DNA from: Macrostomum lignano
Taxonomy: Eukaryota
Direction: 5' to 3'
Length of the DNA stretch: 64,000 bases
NCBI GenBank assembly: GCA_002269645.1
Contig: NIVC01000838.1
Coordinates: 62,001-126,000 of the forward strand
Positions 24,712 to 37,700 of this stretch are shown here, one piece after another. How positions within the stretch are numbered: position 1 is the stretch's first letter; each line of letters opens with the position of its first letter. Both the position numbers and the translations under genes were made by a program. A model generated the notes under the pieces. That model was given only the letters and a program-made list of their open reading frames with translations, was not told the origin of the DNA and ran no database searches.

Positions 24712-25412
24712 AAAGAAGATGCGGCACCCCGCCATCATTGTTATTCTTGTCGGAGATCTCAAAGAGCTGATTGTCCCTAATTTCAGACTTGGCTCCCATT
24801 CAGTGGCCGAAAATAATTTAATAAATTTCACTCCCCATCGTTTCGTGCTTTCTGACTCACCTTTACAGATAAAAAACGAGCCGGCCTCAAGCTACAACCC
24901 AATGAGTTCCGAGGGAAGCAGTCAGGTGTTAACTAGGGAATTCGATATAAAATCGGTTGCAAACAAGCTGAAGGACAAGCAAGTGCTGACTTTCCTAAAT
25001 AAAAAAGTCACCAGGGAGACCGCAAATCTCGAGTGCTCAATAAAAAACTCAGGGCGTCTCAGTGCCCCGCTGGACCCCATTGAGAGCAGTTGAGAGAGGC
25101 GCTTGAGAGATGAGGGAACAGGGGGATCCGAGCCACTTAACCTTACATCGCTTACCTTTCACAGATTTACTTGCAGCTGAAATCTGGGGCTCTGCTTGCG
25201 GATTACATGATGCAGCGCTGTTGATGAAGATCCTGACTGCGCGGTGAGCTGTGAGTGCAAAGTATCGCAATTTATGTATATATGAACAGACTCAGTTCAG
25301 TGCAGCAATCCGAGCACTGAACCCTGACTTGCTTTCACCATTTTTTTCTACTCTTAGCCAGCTGTGACGATTGGCAGTTTGTGTCTGCTGAAGAGGATTA
25401 CCTGGCTTTCTC

Positions 25413-26002
25413 GTTTTCATTTTCATTTCATTTTCATTTTCATTTTCATTTTCATTTTCATTTTCATTTTCATTTTCATTTTCATTTTCATTTTCATTTT
25501 CATTTCCATTTTCATTTTCATTTTCATTTTCATTTTCATTTTCATTTTCATTTTCATTTTCATTTCATTTTCATTTTCATTTTCATTTTTATTTTTATTT
25601 TCATTTTCATTTTCATTTTCATTTTCATTTTCATTTTCATTTTCATTTTCTTTTTCTTTTTCATTTCATTTTCATTTTCATTTTCATTTTCATTTTCATT
25701 TTCATTTTCATTTCATTTTCATTTCATTTTCATTTTCATTTCATTTTCATTTCATTTTCATTTCATTTTCATTTTCATTTTCATTTTCATTTTCATTTTC
25801 ATTTTCATTTTCATTTTCATTTTCATTTTCATTTCATTTTCATTTTCATTTTCATTTTCATTTCATTTTCATTTTCATTTCATTTTTATTTTCATTTTTA
25901 TTTTTATTTTCATTTTCTTTTCATTTTCATTTTCATTTAATTTTCATTTTCATTTTCATTTTCATTTCATTTTCATTTTGATTTTCATTTTCATTTTCAT
26001 TT
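25413..26002. repeat. (TTTTCA)n microsatellite
   Basis: Direct reading. Confidence 0.97.
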
Positions 26003-26644
26003 ATCAGCTTGGTTGCAAGTTCAGGCGATGAGGACTAAAATCCCAAATGAAGGGAGATTAAGAGTCACAAACTGTCTGACCAACCACTCAGGTGACGCTT
26101 TTCCCAAGGACTCACGTGAGAGAGAGGGAGAGACGGCAGGATGACTGACTGGATTAATGGGGAGACATAGATGAAGCTGCTGCAGACTCTGGCGGTGGTT
26201 AAAGAGATTACAATGAAGCGCGAGCGACACTTGCAGATGAGCGAGTGGCGGCAGAGAGACCTGCAGGACCGGCGACTCCAACTCACCCCCGCCTGCTCAC
26301 TGTTGAATAAATGATGAGGACAAAACAGCACTGGATTCTGGCGCGGCTTTTGAAATCCGGGATGCGGCAAGAGCGAGCGAGAGCGAAGCGTCAGGGACCT
26401 CCTGCTGAGAGGCAATTGAAACAATGAACAAAAGACACAACCTGTGCGTCCCCGACTGAGGCCTCCTGCTGCTTCTCAGCTGCTTGAGTAAGCACACCCC
26501 TCCTACTCATCCTGGCTCTTCTCCGCCTGTCTCTCCTGCTCACTGCATGCTCACCCTTGGCCTGCCCGTCACGGAAGCAGCTCTCGATCGATGAGGCTGA
26601 GACGATGGAGAGAATTTTCTTGCTTGACCAAAATAGATTTGGCT

Positions 26645-27180
<536 letters not shown>

Positions 27181-27679
27181 CACGCTGGCACGCTGCACCG
27201 CCAGATCAAAGTTTACGCTTACTGGCCACAAATCTTGTACCAATTGAAATGCGATTCGGTTTAGTTAACAACATCCGTTCGCTTCAGTTTCATTCGAATT
27301 ATTTCGGTCTACCAAATTCTAAGAAAACAAGTTCGATTTAGCAGCAAATCGCGGATTTCTGAAGCAGGGAGGGGACGGGGCGCGCAAAACATCCGACTGC
27401 ATACCAATTTGTGCGCTAATTCTTGACTGGAAAGCTATTCCTGCAGACGCCTTGGTGCCAAGCCACCCCCCCCCGTCCGCAACTCCTGTTTGGACACTCG
27501 CACCTGTGTTTATCCAGCTTATCAAGATCTGCCCGGAACAGAGGGACGGCAGCTGGCAGACAAAATTTGGCACAGTGAGGCAGTTTAATACTGCAACTTT
27601 TGCGTTTTCAGTCATTCAATTTGCTTTGAATTTTTGCACTAATTGAGAGCCAAAGCAATCAAGAAATCCGAGTACCTGC

Positions 27680-28968
27680 ATGGCGCTGAGACCATCTCGC
27701 CGGCTGATCAGTCTGGCGCTCATCTTCATGGTTGTAGCAGTGCCGGCGACCATCTCTCAAAGCACCGGGAGTCCAGCTGCGGCGAGTAAGTGGGAGGCAG
27801 TGGCTCTCTTTGGATCATTAACCTCTGTGTGCAACACCCTGCCCATGCCCTGCCTTTCCCAATCCTCTCTTCTCCTCTCCCACCTCCCTCTCCCACCTCC
27901 TGCTCCCATCTCCCTCTCCCACCTCCCTCTCTCATCTCTCTCTCCTATCACCCTCTCCCGTCTCCCTCTCCCATCTCCTGCTCCCATCTCTCTCTCCCAT
28001 CTCCCTCTCTCATCTCCCTCTCCCATCTCCTGCTCCCATCTCCCTCTCCCATCTCCCTCTCCCATCTCCCTCACCCATCTCCCTCTCCCATCTCCCTCTC
28101 CCATCTCCTGCTCCATCTCCCTCTCCCATCTCCCTCTCCCATCTCCCTCTCCCATCTCCCTCTCCCATCTCCCTCTCCCATCACCCTCTCCCACCTCCCT
28201 CTCCCATCTCCCATCTCCCATCTCCCATCTCCTATCTCCCCCAATCTCCTGCTCCCATCTCCCTCTCCCTTCTCCCTCTCTCTCCCCTTTGTGACTGAAT
28301 TCAGCTTTATAATCAGTGCAACTTAAAACAACCAGAACAATATCAATAACAACAGCAGAAACAACAGAACCACCATCAAGATCAGAACAAATATCGAAAA
28401 AAGAATCATCAACAATAATAATCGCAACAGCAGCAACAACAACAACACCAACAACATCAGCAACAACACCACCACTAACAACAACAACAGCAACAAAAAC
28501 AACAACAACAATAACAACGCCAACGACGCCAACAACAACAACAGCGTCATCAACAATAAAAACAACAACAACAACGTCATCAACAACAAAAACAACAACG
28601 CCAACAACAACAACAACACCACCACCAACAACAACAACAACAAAAACAATATCAACAACAGCACCAGCAACAACAACAATAACAACGCCAACAACGCCAA
28701 CAACAACAACAGCGTCATCAACAATAAAAACAACAACGCCAACAACAACAACAACGTCATCAACAACAAAAACAACAACGCCAACAACAACAACAACAAC
28801 ACCACCACCACCAACAACAACAACGCCAACAACAACGCCAACGCCAACAAAAACAGCAACAACACCACCAGCAACAACAACAACAACGCCAACAACGCCA
28901 ACAACAACGCCAACAACAGCACCAACAACAACAACAACAACAACACCAACAACAAAAACAACAACAGC

Positions 28969-29000
<32 letters not shown>

Positions 29001-30520
29001 CACCAACAGAAACAATAAAATCAGCTGCATCATCTTCCGGTACGAAACCGTCAAATTTCTCGCACGGCTCAACTGTCGCCGAATCGACCGCCACAGCGGC
29101 GCCAATTATTTCAGCGTCGGCAACAACCTCGTCGATGAGAACCTCAACAGCACCAAAATCAACCACGACAGCCCCAGTGACGGCAGCTTCGGCGACGAGT
29201 CCTACGACGAAAACCCTAACAGCCAAAACCTCAACGATGATGACAACCTCGACAGCGGCGAGTACTGCTACGCCAACAACAACAACATCAACAACGAAGC
29301 CCCCACCGCAGCCAAAGGCAGAAAGCAACACTGTCGTCTACAAGGTGGTGATCTGCTTCCTCCTGCTGCTCCTCTGCGTCTTTGCCGGCTTCATGCTCTG
29401 CCAGCAGCTGAAGGGCAACAACGAATTGGGCGGCGGCTGCGATGAGCAAGACGTTGAAGCTGGCGAGTGCAGCGGCGGCGAGGGCGATGCGGAGGAGGGC
29501 CATGGCGAGGGCGATGGCGAGGCAGACCGACAAGACGGAGAAAGCAACGCTAAAGGCGAGGTGGCTAGCGGTGAGGTGAGAGCGGCACCAACGGAGTCAG
29601 AGGGTCAAAGCGCCGCTGAAAAGCCGCTGGTGATCGACGGCCGGTCCGCCGGGTCCTTAGAGGTCATCCACGAGGATCAGGAGGAGCCGGACGCTGAAGA
29701 AGAAGCTTTCGAGCTGATGGCGGTCAATCAGAGGCAGCAGCTGACACCGGAAGAGGAGCGGAAGAGAGCCAAGGAGGTCAAGAAGCAGGCGGAGAGGACG
29801 CGAAAGGCGGCAGCCAAGGCGAGAAAGCTGGCCGAGAAGGCGGCCAAGAAGGCGGAGAAGGAGGCCAAGAAGGCGGAGACGAAAGTCAAGTCTTCAGCAG
29901 CTCAGGCGGACCCTGGAACTGATGAAGCAGCGAACGCAGATTTGAATGAAAACAAGGAAGCAGGGAGCTCAGAAGAAGCTGGAGCTGATGATGCGGCGAA
30001 AACTATCGGGGCTGATAATTCAGAGCAAGATAAGGCCAAGACTGACGATTCAAAGAAACCGGAAGCGGCCAAGACTGACGATTCTAAGAAACCGGAAGCG
30101 GCCAAGACTGACGATTCAAAGAAACCGGAAGCGGCCAAGACTGACGATTCTAAGAAACCGGAAGTGGCCAAGACTGACAACGATTCTAAGAAACCGGAAA
30201 CAGCCAAGACTGACGATTCTAAGAAACCGGAAGCAGCCAAAACTGACGATTCTAAGAAACCGGAAGTGGCCAAAACTGAAGACTTAAAGAAACCGGAAGC
30301 AGCCAAGACTGACAATTCTGAGAAACCGGAAGCAGCCAAGACTGACGATACAAAGAAACCGGAAGTGGCCAAAACTGACGATTCTAAGAAACCGGAAGCA
30401 GCCAAAACTGACGAAGCCAAGAAACCGGAAGCAGCCAAGACTGACGAAGCCAAGAAACCAGATGTCAAAGGAAGTTCGAGTGAAACCATAGAAGCTGAAA
30501 CAGAAAAGACTGCTCTATGA
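27680..30520 (+). CDS. Mucin-like type I membrane glycoprotein, 2 exons, about 769 aa
   Basis: Exon 1 (27680-27785) encodes a signal peptide (MALRPSRRLISLALIFMVVAVPA) and ends at a GTAAGT donor. Exon 2 (28317-30520) joins in phase 1 (A|TG). Architecture: Thr/Pro-rich ectodomain, hydrophobic TM segment VVICFLLLLLCVFAGFML, then a charged tail with 13 copies of KTDDSKKPEAA. Confidence 0.8.
27860..28285. repeat. CT-rich (tctccc-type) repeat filling the mucin gene intron
   Basis: Direct reading. Confidence 0.9.
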
Positions 30521-30761
30521 TTTAGGCAATTCATAAACTTGGTGATCATTTTTTCGAAACTCACCGTAGTTATAATTTCACTACTATTAGTACAGTAATC
30601 GATCTGTGTACATCTTAATTACAGTAATAGCTTGTCTATTTATTTAGATGTAATTAGCTTGTGCTAGATTGCTCTTTATTATTAAAATTAAGAAATTATG
30701 ATGCTGATGTTAGATTAGCAAAAATTTTAAATCAGAACTTGTAGGGGAGCGATCACAGTTC

Positions 30762-30985
30762 GAGTGGGTGGGATTAAAACTCGAGTGGGTGATATTAGAG
30801 TTTTAGTGGGTGAGATTAGAGTTCGAGTGGGTGAGATTAGAGTTTGTGAGTGAGATTAGAGTTCTAGTGGGTGAGATTAGAGTTCGAGTGGGTGAGATTA
30901 GAGTTTGAGAGTGAGATTAGAGTTCTAGTGGGTGAGATTAGAGTTCGAGTGGGTGAGATTAGAGTTCATGTGGGTGAGATCTGAG
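30762..30985. repeat. About 22-bp minisatellite (gagtgggtgagattagagtt core)
   Basis: Direct reading. Confidence 0.88.
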
Positions 30986-31167
30986 TTCCAGTATGTCTGG
31001 GTGGGTTGGGGCTTATAAGATGCGCATATGTTAAAAGTGCACGAAGTTTCCATGCATCTTAAATGACTATTTAATTAGTTAATTAACCCAAATTTTAAAG
31101 CGCAATTTTCTATTCCTTAAAGTCAAACATTTTATTTTCAAGAAAAGCAGTTAATATTGAGCTAACC

Positions 31168-31563
31168 AATTATTTATGCAGAATTCTTATATTGAATTCA
31201 TCAGATTATCGATAGTCGCAAGTTTTTCCTGATCCTGTTTCTTCTCTAATGTGTTCTGGAATACTTTTCTAGCGATGCTACTCATTAGTAGCATTCGCAG
31301 TTGCATGCCCTTCATTTCATAACTGTAATCCATAAAATTTGTTTCCTAGTAAGCAATTGTATTTTTAAATGTTGTGTTGAAATTCAAATTTGCTTTATTT
31401 ATTTGACTTCTTTAAACGACATTGCTTTCCAGAACTGAGCATAAAATTAATGTTATAATACTCGTAAACAAGAATTCATATTCAAAGACATTAGCTACTC
31501 TTAGTAGTTTTGGAAAATCCCAGAAATTTGAATTATGCTTTTTTATTAATGCAAGGTTTTTTC
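31168..31563 (+). repeat. About 395-bp AT-rich dispersed direct repeat, copy 1
   Basis: Nearly identical to 34080-34475; about 6 substitutions seen by eye. Confidence 0.92.
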
Positions 31564-31664
31564 TTATTTACTCAACATCTCGGTAGTCAAATATGGTTAA
31601 CTAAAGTGAACTCAAGCTACAGAGATTTCACCAGAGAACTCTGCGATCGACGAGCATGTTTTGA

Positions 31665-32215
31665 CCATGGATCATCGATCATATAGATCATAGATCATAG
31701 ACCATAGATCATAGATCATAGACCATAGACCATAGATCATAGATCATAGACCATAGATCATAGATCATAGATCATAGACCATAGATCATAGATCATAGAC
31801 CATAGATCATAGACCATAGATCATAGATCATATATCATAGATCATAGATCATAGATCATAGATCATAGATCATAGATCATAGATCATAGATCATAGACCA
31901 TAGACCATAGATCATAGATCATAGATCATAGATCATAGACCATAGATCATAGATCATAGATCATAGACCATAGATCATAGATCATAGATCATCGACCATA
32001 GATCATAGACCATAGATCATAGATCATCGATCATAGATCATAGATCATAGATCATAGACCATAGACCATAGATCATAGACCATAGATCATAGATCATCGA
32101 CCATAGATCATAGATCATCGACCATAGATCATAGACCATAGATCATAGATCATAGATCATAGATCATAGATCATAGATCATAGATCATAGATCATAGATC
32201 ATAGATCATAGACTA
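31665..32215. repeat. (GATCATA)n 7-bp array
   Basis: Direct reading. Confidence 0.96.
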
Positions 32216-32954
32216 TGAGCTGCATAGAATGCAGTCATATTTGCGAAGGACGGCTGCACCTAAAACTTGCTGCGTAATTTGCATTTTGTTCTATGTAGCC
32301 TATAAGAGTTTACGTTCCCACGCGCATCTTCTGCTGTGTTTTAAATAAAAGGAGAGACAGTAGTGGAGGCGCTCGCTTCACTTTGCTCTCGCCCGCATCT
32401 GCGGGCCTAAAGGCATGGCCATTGCCTCGGCTGGGCTGTAGGCCGCAGCAGCCTGGGCCCAGAAAACCGTGCTTCGAGTTCAATTCTTTGTTGTCCGACG
32501 TGAGCAGAAGGTGCAGGCAGGATGGACACAAAAACCTACCTGTTACAATCAAAGTAAGAGGTAGGATTTTGCAATTCGCAATTCGCAATTCGGAAGTCTA
32601 GAGGATGAACTTGCGAGCTTGAGAGCTTGAAACTATCTTTAAAAATGTCAGACCAATCTTCAAATGTACTATTATTGTCAGACTTTAATAGCAAGACCCC
32701 TCGCAGAGAAAGATGCAGATCTAACTGGGCCTTAACAACGCTAATTGTATTAACCCGCCGCTCTTTCTGCTTGGAATTTTGATTCCTGTGTTTGTCTTTC
32801 TAACTGTGTACCAAGACTGAGTACCCATTTCTTAATTGCAGTTGAACTCGTCAATACTCAAAGTAAAGAGAGTACCCATGCCTTCAGCAACCAATGCGAC
32901 CTGTTTTAGCTGATGTGCTGCAAAGTAATCAGACTGCGCAGTGTGCCTCACTTC

Positions 32955-33455
32955 TATTGTGTCTGTCTTCTGTAGTGTCTGTCTTCTGTAGTGTCTGTCT
33001 TCTGTAGTGTCTGTCTTCTGTAGTGTCTGTCTTCTGTAGTTTCTGTCTTCTGTAGTGTCTGTCTTCTGTAGTGTCTGTTTCTGTAGTTTCTGTCTTCTGT
33101 AGTTTCTGTCTTCTGTAGTGTCTGTCTTCTGTAGTGTCTGTCTTCTGTAGTGTCTGTCTTCTGTAGTGTCTGTCTACTGTAGTGTCCGTCTTCTGTAGTG
33201 TCTGTCTTCTGTAGTGTCTGTCTACTGTAGTGTCTGTCTTCTGTAGTTTCTGTCTTCTGTAGTGTCTGTCTTCTGTAGTGTCTGTCTTCTGTAGTGTCTG
33301 TTTCTGTAGTTTCTGTCTTCTGTAGTTTCTGTCTTCTGTAGTGTCTGTCTTCTGTAGTGTCTGTCTTCTGTAGTGTCTGTCTTCTGTAGTGTCTGTCTAC
33401 TGTAGTGTCTGTCTTCTGTAGTGTCTGTCTTCTGTAGTGTCTGTCTTCTGTAGTG
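32955..33455. repeat. 16-bp minisatellite (ctgtagtgtctgtctt)
   Basis: Direct reading. Confidence 0.95.
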
Positions 33456-34079
33456 TCTGTCTTCTTAGCACTGCACTGGCACTGTTTTCTGTGTCTTCTG
33501 CAAAATATGGTCTCTGAGAATTGTATGACTCCCAACAACACAGAGATTCCCTGATGCTATCAAACAGACATCGTAGATGCAACTGCAGAATTGTTGACAA
33601 AGCTGGCAAGACAGACAGGGTTCCAAGTCTCATCCTTTGCTCTGGTTCAAAACAGCAATCGAGAGCGCAAACACTCGCCAAGCCTCGCCAAACACAGCCG
33701 AATAATGAGCTCCGCTTTTGTGTATGTGCGGAGAAACTCATTGGTGCAGAGTTGCATTAGAGGTGGCCCCGCCAACAACCCTGTGCCCGCAGCACCCACC
33801 CTTTCCCTGTATTTCTACTGCCAAAGACGCTCTGACAGCTCAACTCTGCACGGCACAAAACTCGGTAGCCTCTAAAAGTCTACTTTAAAAGCTGTTGTTG
33901 TAAACAAAAAAATAATTGTATTAGTCACAGTTTGGTAAAGCTCTAAGCAGCTCATTAACGTCTGTAGTAGTTCTGGTAAGTACCTACTATCAGTTAAATT
34001 TACTAAATCTCAAGTCAATGGGACAATACTCCACTAGTGAAGCTGAATTGGGGGGGGGACAGCCCCATTTATAGATACT

Positions 34080-34475
34080 AATTATTTATGCAGAAATCTT
34101 ATATTGAATTCATCAGATTATCGATAGTCGCAAGTTTTTCCTGATCCTGTTTCTTCTCTAATGTGTTCTGGAATACTTTTCTAGCGATGCTACTCATTAG
34201 TAGCATTCGCAGTTGCATGCCCTTCATTTCATAACTGTAATCCATAAAATTTGTTTCCTAGTAAGCAATTGTATTTTTAAATGCTGTGTTGATATTCAAA
34301 TTTGCTTTATTTATTTGACTTCTTTAAACGACATTGCTTTCCAGAACTGAGCATAAAATTAATGTCATAATACTCGTAAACAAGAATTCATATTTAAAGA
34401 CATCAGCTACTCTTAGTAGTTTTGGAAAATCCCAGAAATTTGAATTATGCTTTTTTATTAATGCAAGGTTTTTTC
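34080..34475 (+). repeat. About 395-bp AT-rich dispersed direct repeat, copy 2
   Basis: Nearly identical to 31168-31563. Confidence 0.92.
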
Positions 34476-34524
34476 CACAGAATACACCAGAATAAATAAT
34501 AAATACTAATTGGGCTCAAACCCT

Positions 34525-34685
34525 ATAGCCTAATCCTAACTCTACCCCTAACTCTAACCCCTCCCCTAACTCCACCCTAACCCTTACCCTACCCTAACCC
34601 TACCCTAACCCCAACCCCAACCCTAATCTAACAATACCTTAACCCTACCCTAACCCTACCCTAAACCTAGCCTAACCCTAACTTT
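34525..34685. repeat. Degenerate interstitial telomere-like (CCCTAA)n tract
   Basis: ccctaa, ccctac, cctaac and cccaac variants in tandem, i.e. TTAGGG-like on the minus strand. Confidence 0.7.
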
Positions 34686-34762
34686 AATCCAGCAGGTTTT
34701 CAAATAATAATATGAGTTCGAGCGTATATTTGAGAAGCCATCATTAGACCCAAAATGAATAA

Positions 34763-37700
34763 ATGCTCAGATCAAGGATGCCATCCTCCAACGGATCTCT
34801 TCGAGACGGCAAGTCGCGCGGCTGCTCCCGCCCGGAGCCCTGCTCGGCCGACTGCTGCCGCACCTTCCTCCGGCGCAACGTCTTCGTGCTCTGCCTCATC
34901 CTCGGCGTGGCGGCCGGCATCGGCCTGGGCATCGGCCTTCGCTACGCCAAGCCGGTCTGGACGGCCAGAGAGCTGGCCTACTACAAATTCCCCGGCGAGC
35001 TGCTGCTCAGGATGCTGCAGATGGTGATCCTGCCGCTGGTCATCACCTCCATGATTTCCGGGATGTCCTCATTGGGCCGGAATGCGTCTTCTTGGATCGG
35101 CCTGAGGGCAGTTGTGTACTACATGTGCACCACCCTGTTTGCCGTCATCATCGGCATCGTGCTGGTGGTCAGCATCCGCCCGGGCCGCTCGGAGAGCTCG
35201 GAGACAATGCGGCGACAGGGCTCCTCCAAGACCGTGAATGCGGTCGACTCGCTGCTGGATCTCATCCGGTGAGCATTACTCACTCATTCACTCACTCACT
35301 CACTCATGAACTCATGAACTCACTCACTCACTCATGAACTCATGAACTCACTCACTCACTCACTCACTCACTCATGAATTCACTCATGAACTCACTCATT
35401 CACTCATGAACTCACTCATGAACTCACTCATGAACTCATGAACTCACTCATGAACTCACTCATGAACTCACTCATAAACTCACTCATGAACTCACTCACT
35501 CACTCACTCACTCACTCACTCACTCACTCACTCACTCACTCACTCACTCACTCACTCACTCACTCACTCACTCACTCACTCACTCACTCACTCACTCACT
35601 CACTCACTCACTCACTCACTCACTCACTCATGAACTCATGAACTCATGAACTCATGAACTCACCCTCCTCCCCATTCAGCAACGCATTCCCAGACAACGT
35701 GATGGACGCCTGCATCCGCAAGGTGCAGACCAGCATGAAGTTCATCATCCCGGACGCGACCACAACCGCTCCGCCGGCGGTTGACCCGAATGCCACGGCC
35801 AGCAACTCGACCGCTTTCACCCTGACGACGACGAACATCGCGACCACTGTGGCCGATTCGCTGAATGCCAGCTCCGGACCGACGCCAAAGCCGACCGCTG
35901 CCCCGGTGTACGACTACGTGCCCAAGGTGGAGCGGGTGGAGGGCAGCAACCTGCTGGGCATCATCGTGTTCTCCCTGGCTTTCGGCGTCGCCCTCAGCCG
36001 CATCGGCGAGCGGGGCCACGTGGCCCGCCAGTTCTTCGACGGGTGCAGCGAAGCCGTGCTGGTGGTGGTCAAAGTTGTGATCTGGTGAGAACTCCCTGTC
36101 CCTGATAATCCTGTCCCTGATAATCCTGTCCCTGATAATCCTGTCCCTGATAATCCTGTCCCTGATAATCCTGTCCCTGATAATCCTGTCCCTGATAATC
36201 CTGTCCCTGATAATCCTGTCCCTGATAATCCTGTCCCTGATAATCCTGTCCCTGATAATCCTGTCCCTGATAATCCTGTCCCTGATAATCCTGTCCCTGA
36301 TAATCCTGTCCCTGATAATCCTGTCCCTGATAATCCTGTCCCTGATAATCCTGTCCCTGATAATCCTGTCCCTGATAATCCTGTCCCTGATAATCCTGTC
36401 CCTGATAATCCTGTCCCTGATAATCCTGTCCCTGATAATCCTGTCCCTGATAATCCTGTCCCTGATAATCCTGTCCCTGATAATCCTGTCCCTGATAATC
36501 CTGTCCCTGATAATCCTGTCCCTGATAATCCTGTCCCTGATAATCCTGTCCCTGATAATCCTGTCCCTGATAATCCTGTCCCTGATAATCCTGTCCCTGA
36601 TAATCCTGTCCCTGATAATCCTGTCCCTGATAATCCTGTCTCTGATAATCCTGTCCCTGATAATCCTGTCCCTGATAATCCTGTCCCTGATAATCCTGTC
36701 CCTGATAATCCTGTCCCTGATAATCCTGTCCCTGATAATCCTGTCCTTGATAATCCTGTCCCTGATAATCCTGTCCTTGATAATCCTGTCCCTGATAATC
36801 CTGTCCCTGATAATCCTGTCCCTGATAATCCTGTCCCTGATAATCCTGTCCCTGATAATCCTGTCCCTGATAATCCTGTCCCTGATAATCCCGTCCCTGA
36901 TAATCCTGTCCCTGATAATCCCGTCTCTGATCCCGCAGGTTCACCCCCATCGGCATCATCTTCCTGATCTCCGGCAAGATCATCGAGATGGAGAACGTGG
37001 TGGAGACGCTGTCCCAGCTCGGTCTGTACTCCATCACGGTGATCAGCGGCCTGGTGATCCACGGCTTCATCGTGCTGCCGCTCATCTACCTGATCGTGGT
37101 GAGGCGGAACCCCTTCCGCTACATGTTCGGCTGCATGCGGGCCATCCTGACTGCCGTGAGCACCGCCTCCAGCTCCGCCACGCTGCCGGTCAGCCTGTAC
37201 TGCATCGAGGAAGTCAACGGGGTCAGCAAGATGGTGAGTAGTCTGTGTTGGCTCACTCAGGTGTCACTTATGTGTCACTTGGGTGTCACTCAGGTGTCAC
37301 TCAGGTGTCACTCATCAGAAACTAATTTGCCACTTATGTGTCACTCTCCAGTCACTCCGCAGCCAGAATTCCCCTCCTTTCCCTACATTCCACTCCCAAT
37401 CCCCACCTCAGGTGTCCCGGTTCGTGCTCCCGGTAGGTGCCACCATCAACATGGACGGCACCGCCCTGTACGAGGCCGTGGCCTCCGTGTTCATCGCCCA
37501 GGTGAACGGCATCACCCTGGACTTCGCCAAGCTCGTCACCATTAGCCTGACAGCCACCGCAGCTGCTGTGGGCGCCGCCGGTGTGCCAGAGGCAGGCCTG
37601 GTTACCATGGTGATCGTCCTGACCGCCGTCGGGTTGCCCACGGATGACGTCACCCTCATCCTGGCCATCGATTGGTTCCTGTGAGTAAACTGCTTCGGCT

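Noticed and set aside
36069-37085. Long repetitive ORFs (GTGLS, QGQDY, HSATLPLC, MWGIAELP, EGVMHGGCYAW, poly-V, PDT, AERV and others)
   Set aside because: They are translations of tandem arrays whose unit lacks a stop codon, open in several frames and on both strands. Several lie inside well-defined introns of real genes.
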